Both the position numbers and the translations under genes were made by a program. A DNA stretch of 64,000 nucleotides from Lama guanicoe. Its lineage: Eukaryota. The notes beneath the pieces were generated by a model, which worked only from the letters and a program-made list of their open reading frames with translations, ran no database searches and was not told the DNA's origin. Below, piece by piece: positions 54,661 to 64,000 of this stretch (positions within the stretch are counted from its first letter, which is position 1; the number at the start of each line of letters is the position of its first letter). The stretch spans positions 3,229,589 through 3,293,588 of the forward strand of contig MU053994.1 in assembly GCA_013239625.1 (NCBI GenBank), in the 5' to 3' direction.

Positions 54661-55707
54661 TACCAAATAGGATACAAAGAATGGTGATTTTCAAAGAATA
54701 ATAATACCAATGTAACAGTAAACTTATATTAGCTATATCACAATCTTTTAATAATTTGGTAGGCGTTTCAGAGTCCTGTAATACATCAGCTAGAGAAAGT
54801 GACTGAGAACCAATGGATAAATAGTGTTATGTAAAATTCTGCTTCTTTATAGATTGTGCACATGTTTACTTACTGATCTGACTTCATTAGGAAAAGCTCA
54901 CGGTATCTTAAAGAGGTACACACTAAAATGCATATAAATAAAATCGGACACCTGGTATTTGCTTCAAAATAATCCAAGGGGGTGGGCAGTAGTGCAAATA
55001 CAGATGAAACCAGTGTGGCCATGAATTAACAACACTTCTAGCTGGAATATGGGTATGTGGGTGACCACTGCATTATCCCTTCCACTTTTCTCTACTTGAA
55101 CTCACTACTCTGTTCTCTCTACTCACGTGTGGAAATTAATATAATAAAACATAAAACAAAAATTTGGGGACTTCTGCTTCCGATATGGCTGATCAGACAC
55201 TCACAGACTTTCTCCCAACTATATTCTGTCTAGGACACACCTCTTGAAGAGTTACTGGTCTCACAAAAGGAATGCATATCCCCAAGAACACTTCCCACTT
55301 CCATCCCCTCTCTCCCTCCACATGAAAGGACCCTGTGAGCTGGATCCAGAGTGGTGGCAAACTCAGGGTGGAATGCAATAGTGGGAAGGGGGAATGCCGT
55401 AGCAGCAATGCCTGCTGGCTGGATTCTGAGCCTTGGGCCAACAGTGAGTTAGAGAAGTTGAGTCTAGGATTCCGGAGGGAGCCAAGACCCAGATCAGCGG
55501 CACTCCATGGCAACTGGGAGAACAAGGAACAAACCCTTTCTGGAGGAAAGGGTTCCCAGTTTAGGCTCACGAGACCTCCAATAAGTTTACCATCAAATGT
55601 TAACAAACAGTACAGTAAGGCAAACTGCTCTGCAAGTCATCAGAAAGAGAAAAAACAAATTTAGATCCTCAAGGAGGATAGATATTGGAATGGTCAGATA
55701 CAAAATA

Positions 55708-56521
55708 CAGGAGTACGTCATTTTCTTGTGCCTTGCTTTACTGTATCTCAAAGATACTGCATTTTTAACAAATTGAAGGTGGCAATCCTGCGTTGAGCAG
55801 GTTTTTCTGTGCCATTTTTCCAACAGCATTTGCTCATTTCATGTCTCTGCATCACAATTTGGTAATTCTTGCAATATTTCAAACTTTTTTCATTATTATT
55901 GTATTTGTTATGGTGATCTGTGATGAGTGATCTTTGATGTTAACTATTGTAATCGTTTTGGGGGTGCCATGAACTGCACCCATTTTAGATGGCAGACTTA
56001 ACTGATTATTGAAATGCCAACAAAGGATTTAGAATATTACATAAAGCAGTGGCAGGGTTTGAGAGGGTTGACTCCAATTTTGAAAGAGGTTCTATTGTAG
56101 GTAAAACATGAAACAAACACTGCATGCTACAGAGAAATCATTCGTGAAAGGAAGAGTCAACTGATGAGGCAAACTTCATTGTTGTCTTATTTTAAGACAC
56201 TGCCACAGCCACCTCAACCTTCAGCAACCACTACCCTGATCAACATCTAGACAAGACTTTCCACTAGCAAAAAGGATTATGATTTGCAGAAGGCTCAAAT
56301 GATGGCTAGCACTTTTCTTTAGCAATAAGTATTTTTAAATTAAGGTATGTACATTTTTTTAGACATAATGGCATCGCACACTTTATAGATGATAGTATAG
56401 TGCAAACATAACTCTTACGTGCACTGGGAAACAAAAAAATTCATGTCACTCACTTTATTGTAATATTTGCTTTATTGCAGTGGCCTGAAACCAAACCTGT
56501 AATATCTCCAAGGTGTGCTTG
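55708..56521. mobile_element. Internally deleted Tigger1-like (TcMar) DNA transposon
   Basis: TA-flanked; degenerate terminal inverted repeats cagg.gtac.tc / aggtgtgcttg; internal aaaggaagagtcaa.tgatg.ggcaaacttcattgttgtcttattttaag. Confidence 0.8.
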
Positions 56522-56524
56522 TAT

Positions 56525-58640
56525 AAAAGAGCTATGTGTTAAATATTAGGGAAAAATAAGAGGATGAGTGTGCAACAAGAGATTATCAGGTGTGAACAGA
56601 CAGATTTAAAAATAAAAATAAGAACAAGTGACTAGTACTTTCAGAAGAGAAAAACATAATTGATGGTATAAGCCAATGAATAGATGAGTTGAATGGGAGT
56701 TCAGATATGGCTGAAGAGAGTGTCAGGGAACTGGAAGATACAACCAAATAAATTGTCGTGAATGGAGGTCAGAGAAATAAGTAGATAAGGAAAAGTAGGA
56801 AATAAGAAATAACAAACATATGAAAAAAGATATTACAGGCACAGAATGGTTAGAAATAAAAGGATGGAAGAAGACATGCTAGGAAATACTAAAATAAAGC
56901 TGGAATAACTACATTAATATAAAATAGGTTCTAAGTCAAAAGTATAATTAAGGATGGAAATGGTTACCAGGCACTTCTATGCTCCTAATAAAACAGTTTT
57001 GAATATATAAAGCCAAAATTGAGAGATCTATAGGTAGAAATTGAAAATCTCTACCACAATAATTGGGATATTTCAACAATTATTGATAGATCAAACAGAC
57101 AAAAAATTAGTCAAGATACAGAATATTTGAATAAAAAATTAACCTCAAGTAATCATCATATGGAGAACTCTGCATGCAACAATTCGAAAATAAATATTTT
57201 TCTTAAGTACACATGGACCATTTACAAAAACGGTTACAGTGCTAAAGCCATAAAGCAAGTCTCAACAAACCTCAAAGAAATGGTGTCATACAGACGACAT
57301 TCTGTGACCCCAATATAATTAGGTTAGAAGTAAAACATAAAAAGATATAGACAATACTCTTAAATGTGGTACATAAAAAACACTTCTAAATAACTTGTGG
57401 GTCAATGAAAAATATAATGATAAATATTTAATAAGAGTACTTAGAACAGAATTACAATAAAAATGCTTCATATCAAAACTGGTGGGATATAGATAAAATA
57501 ATATTTAGAGGTAGTTTAGTCTTAAATGTATATATTAGAGATGAAGGAAGACTGGAATAAATAAATTAAATGTCTAATTTTAAAAGTTAGATAAAACCAA
57601 TAGAAAGTAGAAGGAAGGAGAAAATAAAAATTAGGTCATAAAACAATGAAATAGAAAATAAATATACAATGGAGTGAATTAACAGAACCGAAAGTGGGTT
57701 TTTGAACAAACCTCTGGTAAGTTGAAAAAAGACAAGGCACAAGGAAATGATATTAGGAATAAACAAGGGTACCTAATTACAGAGACAGCAGAAAACAGAA
57801 AGATAACAGAACACTAAGAAGAAGCTTACTGCATTAATTTTAAAAACTTGAAGATTTTTCAGGAAAATGTAATTTACCAAAACTCACTCAAGATGTAGAA
57901 AGCCTGAATAGCCTTCTAAAGGTTAAAGAAATTGTAAAAACAAACAAACCAACCAACCAACAAACAAAACTTTCTTAAAAAGAAACCGAAACCAAAACAC
58001 CAGGGCCTGGTAGTTTTATAGGCAAGTTCTACTACACTTTCAAGGTACAAATCACTCCAATATTACACAGTCTTTCAGAGAACTCATGAAGAGAGGTTCT
58101 CCACGTCATTCTATGTGGCTAATCTCACTTGGAAACTGAAATCAAATAGAGAAACACAAGAAATGAAAATGAACTACAGGTCAGTCTCACTCATAATTGC
58201 AAGTACAAAAGTCCTAAACAAAATAATAGCACGACGAATCAAGCAGTACATACAAAGAATGATACACAATGACTAAGCTGGGTTTATTTGAGAAATGCAA
58301 GGCAGGGGGTGGTTATCATTAGGAAATCTTTAAAAGTCATTCACCACATTAATAGGTAAAAAAAAGAAAATAACAAATCATCTCAGCAGATGCTGAAGCA
58401 GTATGTGATAAAATTCAAAATCTAATCATAATTAAAATGCCCAGCAATGAAGAATATAAGAGAACTTCAGCTCTAATAAAAGACAACCTACTGAAAATCT
58501 ACACAGTCAACATTCTTCTTCACAGGGAAACATTCTTTTAAACTATCTTTTAAAAACAAGAACAGGACAAGGATGTTCACTATACCACTTCTATTAAAGA
58601 TGGCAGGTCCTAGCTAGTGCAGAAATGTAAGAAAAAGAGA
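56525..58640 (+). mobile_element. Old L1M (ORF1/ORF2 remnants); probably continues left of the Tigger to about 55165
   Basis: A-rich sense L1 sequence with endonuclease/RT-like remnants. Confidence 0.7.
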
Positions 58641-59282
58641 TGAAAGAAATAATGATGCTGTGACTTTACTAAATTTATAGAAAATTTTATTATAAATAAT
58701 AAACAAAAAAATTCATACTGGAATCTAACAGCAAACATCCTCCTGCGTGAGTGCTACCCACTCATGAAATCTACAGATTTCCCTGAAGGCAGCAGTAACG
58801 CCAGATACCAACTGTGTCCACGGTGGTCATCTCTAAAGAGGAAGGAAGGCACTGAAGGGCTTATGGTGTTATCTCTTGCTCTCCATGGTTAAGGAAAGAG
58901 GTGTTAAGTACAAAACTAACCCGATCTCAAAGAAAGGAAATAACCCGATCTCTAATTTTTGGACAGGAGAATCATTTTTGGATCAGGCTGTAAATACTAA
59001 TGCATATAACTCAGCTCTTTCAAAGAGGAGCCTAAACCTACTCGTCCAAATCCTGCTTACCTGAGGGTTAACAAAAGTTCCACTTTCTCAAAAAATCATT
59101 CTTCATCTACTTCAGTCTTTAGTGAATTCCTTTCACAGAATGACTACACTTACTGTAGTAGGCATTAAGAACTTAATCACAGATTTGATCTCTTATTTTA
59201 CCATTTAGCTTTATATATATATCAAACTCTACTAATATATAAATAGCATATCTCATTCCTGAATGAATGAGAGAGCAATTCT

Positions 59283-59485
59283 TTTTAACATTTTTTATTG
59301 ATTTATAATCATTTTACAATGTTGTGTCAAATTCCAGTGTAGAGCACAATTTTTCAGTTATACATGAACATATATATATATTCATTGTCACATTTTTTTC
59401 TCTGTCAGCTACCAACCCCCCGCCAACCACAAGTTTGTATTCTATGTCTATGAGGCTATTTCTGTTTTGTATTTATGCTTTGTTT
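59283..59485 (-). mobile_element. Short L1 3' end insertion
   Basis: 15-bp TSD tgagagagcaattct at 59268-59282 and 59486-59500. Confidence 0.8.
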
Positions 59486-59518
59486 TGAGAGAGCAATTCT
59501 TAAACTGTTATTTAACTT

Positions 59519-59520
<2 letters not shown>

Positions 59521-59560
<40 letters not shown>
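59521..59560. repeat. (CA)n microsatellite
   Basis: Direct reading. Confidence 0.95.
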
Positions 59561-59564
<4 letters not shown>

Positions 59565-59894
59565 TCTTATATTCCAGTACAGATGTCTTCCATATATCCT
59601 GGGGCCCAATATGATACTTTATTTCCCATGGTATCTAATAGGTCAGGATCTAAACAGAGATTCAGAGATGCTCCGGCAGCAGAACTGGATCATACCCTCC
59701 CCGTTATCTACAGGCTGGAGCATGTGCAGATGAGTAAGAACAAATGGAGGCCAACAGTGATTAAAACCAAAGATCGATAACTTAAATAGATCATTTATAT
59801 AAACCACAGATTAAGCTGATCTTTTATATGACTCATAAAACACTTTCTCTACGAGGCTACAGGAAAAAAAGCTAAGGAAGGAAAGAAAGAGTTA

Positions 59895-59987
<93 letters not shown>

Positions 59988-60239
59988 CTATAAAAAGTTA
60001 AGCAAAAACAGAATTATTATGAGAGGGCACTTCTTTTTATATTTGTAATTTTGCTGTAGATAATCACAAAAGGTAGGAAAATATTATAGAAAATATGGAA
60101 AATGAAGGCAAAAACTCCACTATACCATGACAGAAATAATAGTACTGCTGGTATTCTGATTGCTGTGATAGTATACATTTTGTATAATGTTTTTAATCTT
60201 CTAATTGTAATTATTTTCCATGTTGCTAATTTGAGAAGT

Positions 60240-63200
60240 TTTTATTGATGTACAATTGACATGCACTTATGTAAAGCGTATAATTTGATAAGTTTGATAT
60301 ACATGTACACATGTGAGACCATCATGACAGTCAGGATAGTGAATACATGCATCACCTCCAAAAGTTCCTCACGCCCACTGGTAATCTACTCCCACCCCTC
60401 CATGCCCTGCTCCCCCACCCCCAACAGCCCCAAGCAAGCACTGCTGGGCTTCCAATGGCTATAGATTAGTTTGCACTTTCTATAAATGCAACTCATACAG
60501 TATGTATTCTTTTTGTTGCTTTTTTTTTCCCACTAAGAACGTGAGATTCAACCATGGCACTGCAGGTATCAATAGTTCATTCTTTGTTCTTGTTGAATAT
60601 TCCACTGTATGGATAAAACTGTTTTATCTATTCACCCACTGAATTGTTTCTAGCTTTTGGCTATTATAAATAAAGCCGTATTCATGGAATAGTCTCCACT
60701 TAGTCATGACATATTTTTCTTTTTTCTTTTTTTTAGACAGGGATTTGTTTAGAACTTTTGCATTTAGATTTATGAAGGTTACTAGTATGTAGTTCTCTTT
60801 CTTTGCAACGTCTTTATCTGGTTTGGATATCAGGCTAATGCTAGCTACCTCTTCCTCCTCTTCCTCATTATCAAAAATAGTAAGTTGGAAAGAATTCCTT
60901 CCTTTTCAATGTTTTGGGAAGAGTTTGTGTATAACTGTTTTTTCTTTTTAATTATATGTTTGGTAGAATTTACCAGTAAAGCCATCTTGACATGGAGTTT
61001 TCTTTGAGGGATTTTTTTAAAACTATAAATTCAATTTTTAAATATAGGGCAATTCAGTTTATTTGTTTTTAAATGAGCTTTGGTAGTTTCTGTCTCCCAG
61101 TGAATTTGTCTACTTCATTTGCATTGTTGAATTTATTGACATAAAGTTGTTTACCACATTTCCTTATTAGTCTTTTTGTATCTGAAGAATCTGTAGTAAT
61201 GTCACTTCTCTTATACACGATATTGGTAATTAGTGTCCTCCTTTTTTCCCTGATTGATCTGATCTTCTCTAAGAAAAAATTTGTTTCATTGATTTTTTTC
61301 TGTTGTTTTTGTTTTCTATTTCATTGATTTCCACTTTGATCTTTGTTATTTCTTTTCTTTTACTCATTTAGGCTTTAATTTGCTCTTTTTGTTCTAGTTT
61401 CTTAAGGTAGAAGCTAAGGTTATTGATTTAAGATATTTCTTCCTTTTGATATTGGTGTTTGGTGCTACACATTTCTCCCTATGCATTGCTTTAGCAGCAC
61501 CCCACAAGTTTGGTATGTTGTGGTTTCATTTTCATTCAGTTCAAAATACTTTTAAAATTTCCCTTTTGATTTCTTCTTTGATCCATGGGGTTACTTAGAA
61601 TTGTGTAATTTTGTTTTCAAGTGCTTAGGGATTTTACCAGACTTATTTCTGTTATTCATTTTCTAATTTAATTCCATTGTGGTCTAAGAATATACTTTGA
61701 TGTTAATACAGTCACTCCAGCTTCCTTTTGATTAATGTCATCATCATGATGTATCTTTTCCCATCCTTTCCTTTGAAACGATCTGTCTTTATGTATAAAG
61801 CATTTCTTGCAGGCGATATATAATTGGGTCTTGCTCTGCCCCTATCTAAAAATATCTTTTTAATTTGGGGAATTAAAAGATAATTTAATATGATTATTGA
61901 TACAGTCAGGTATAAATATACCTTCTTGCTATTTGATTTCTCTTTGTTCCATCTGTTCTGTTCCTTTTACCCCCTCTTTTTCTACCTTCTTTTGCATTAA
62001 TTTATTTTTACTCTATTTTCTCTCCTATTATCTTATTAGCTATAACTGTTTTGTTTTAGTGGTTGCTTTAGGGTTTACAGTGTACGTCTTTAACCTATCA
62101 CAGTCTACCTCCAAGTGACATTATATCATGTCACATATAGTATAAGAACTTTATAAGAGTATACTTCCACTTCCTTCTGACTTTTGTGCTACTGTTGTCA
62201 AACACTTTACTCTTATATGTTAAAACCCCCCAAACACATTGCTACAATTTTTGTTTAGACTTCCGTTTATCTTTTAAAGAGATTTAAATGATAAGGATGT
62301 CCTTTAACATTTCTTATACTGCAAGTCTACTGAATTCTTTCAGCTTTGGTATGTCCGAAAACGTTTTTATTTTGCCTTTATTTTTTGATAGATACTTCTG
62401 CTGGGTTTAGAATTCTAAGTTGAGAGGTTTTTTTTTTTAATTTCAGTACTTTAAAGACATTGTTTTTCTTAACTGTACTGTTTCTGATAAGAAGTCTGAT
62501 ACCATCCTTATCTTCGTTGCCCTGTATGTAACATTTCTTTTTTCAATCTGTTTTTAAGATCTTCAGTTTATCACAGGTTCTAAGCAGTTTCATCACAATG
62601 TACCTTGGTATTGTTTTCTTCTTGTTTCTTGTGCTTGGAGTTCATTATGGTTCTTGCAGCTGCAGATTTATAGCTTTTGTCAAGTTTGGACTGTTTTCAG
62701 CTATTATTTCTTCATATATATTTTCTATCTCTTTTCCACACTCTTCTTCTTCATAGACTCCAATTAATCATATATTAGGCTGCTTAAAGCTGTCCCACAA
62801 CTCAGTGATATTCTTCTCATTTTTTAAAATTCTTTTCTTTCTGTGTCTTGTTTTGGATAGTTTTTATGTCTTCGTGTTCACTAATGTATTCTTCTGAAAT
62901 GTTTGACCTGCCATTAATCCCACAGTGCAGTTTTTTGGCTAATTCTAGTATCTTTGTCAGTTCTGTGTCAGTTTTGATTATTCTCCACATTACAGGTCAC
63001 ATTTCACATTCCTCCTGCCTCTTTACATGCCTAGTAATGTCTGAGGAGATGCCAGACATTGTGAATTTTATCTTATTGCATGCTAGATTTTTTTTTATTC
63101 CTATGTTCTTAAGCTTTGTCCTAGGATGTAGTTCAGTTACTTGGAAATAAGTTTGATCCTTTGGGCCTTGCTTTCATGATTTATCAAGGCAGGTCTGGAG

Positions 63201-63700
63201 CAATTCTCTGTCTAGGGCTAAGTGTTCCTCATTACTGAGGCAAGACCTTCCTGAGCAGTGTACACAACGTCCCGTGAGCTGGTTTTTCTAGTCTGCCTAG
63301 TGGGAACAGACAGTGAGTGTTGGGCACTGCTCTCTCTAATCTTTTTGGTCTTTCCTTGGCTCCAGATAGGTTACTCTCATAAATGTGCTGATCATTATTC
63401 ACATGAATACTTGAGGGGGGCCCTCTATAGATCTCTGGGGTTCTCTGTGCAGCTCTCTCCTCTTTAGTACTCTGTCCTATGAACTTTAGTTGCTTTGGTC
63501 TCCCCAGACTCTCAGCTCCGTCTCCGTAATTCAAGGAGTCTGTGTGCTTTGCCTTAGTTCCCTCTCACTGTGCCGTGGCCTGGAAACTCTCATGTCAGTA
63601 AGGTGGGGCAATCACAGGGCTTGCCTTGTTTGCTTCCTGTCTCTTACGGGTCACTGTCATTTGCTGCCTGATGTCCAATGTCTTGAAAACTGTTCTTTCA
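60240..63700 (-). mobile_element. Old L1M fragments
   Basis: T-rich antisense L1 3'UTR/ORF2/ORF1-like sequence with no intact ORF. Confidence 0.7.

Positions 63701-63702
<2 letters not shown>

Positions 63703-63752
<50 letters not shown>
63703..63752. repeat. (TG)n(AG)n compound microsatellite
   Basis: Direct reading. Confidence 0.95.
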
Positions 63753-63859
63753 TTAAAAATTTTTCTGTGGAATAGATTACTTTTTGTTTTCTAATTATTC
63801 ACCATTCTAAGACAAGCTTTCAAAAACATATTTTTACACTAGACCTGGTTGATTCCAAG

Positions 63860-63990
63860 AATCACACAGGGACATTTTAAATAATATTGACTTTTAAACT
63901 CAGTCTTTGGATTCAGATTCAGGAAGTCTGGGAATGGAGCCCAGATCTGTATTTTTAACAAGCTCCCTTCGTGAAAACTGGTCTTAAATT
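63860..63990. mobile_element. MER5A-like hAT fragment
   Basis: gattcaggaagtctggg..ggagcccagatctgtatttttaacaagctccc. Confidence 0.6.
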
Positions 63991-64000
63991 TGGCAAGATT

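Overview
Mammalian genomic DNA, very likely camelid: it carries several tRNA-derived Vic-1-like SINEs and camelid-type L1 3' ends. The window holds the 3' half of CASK (MAGUK scaffold) on the minus strand, with 12 coding exons from 59987 down to the stop at 19125 (PDZ, linker, SH3, HOOK, guanylate kinase domain; exons 16-27 by recalled human numbering). A long 3'UTR probably ends near 13760. Positions 1-13 kb are downstream intergenic DNA with a decayed ERV pol, L1s, SINEs and MIRs. Eleven exons have intact AG/GT borders and join in frame. The last exon lacks its first 2 nt and a normal 3' splice site, which means either a real lesion or an assembly error. I also found three frame-preserving candidate microexons (18, 27 and 15 nt) and a few frameshifting ones. 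I see no evidence of a wholly new multi-gene system; the microexon set and the terminal-exon anomaly are the strongest leads. Most short ORFs in the track are noise.
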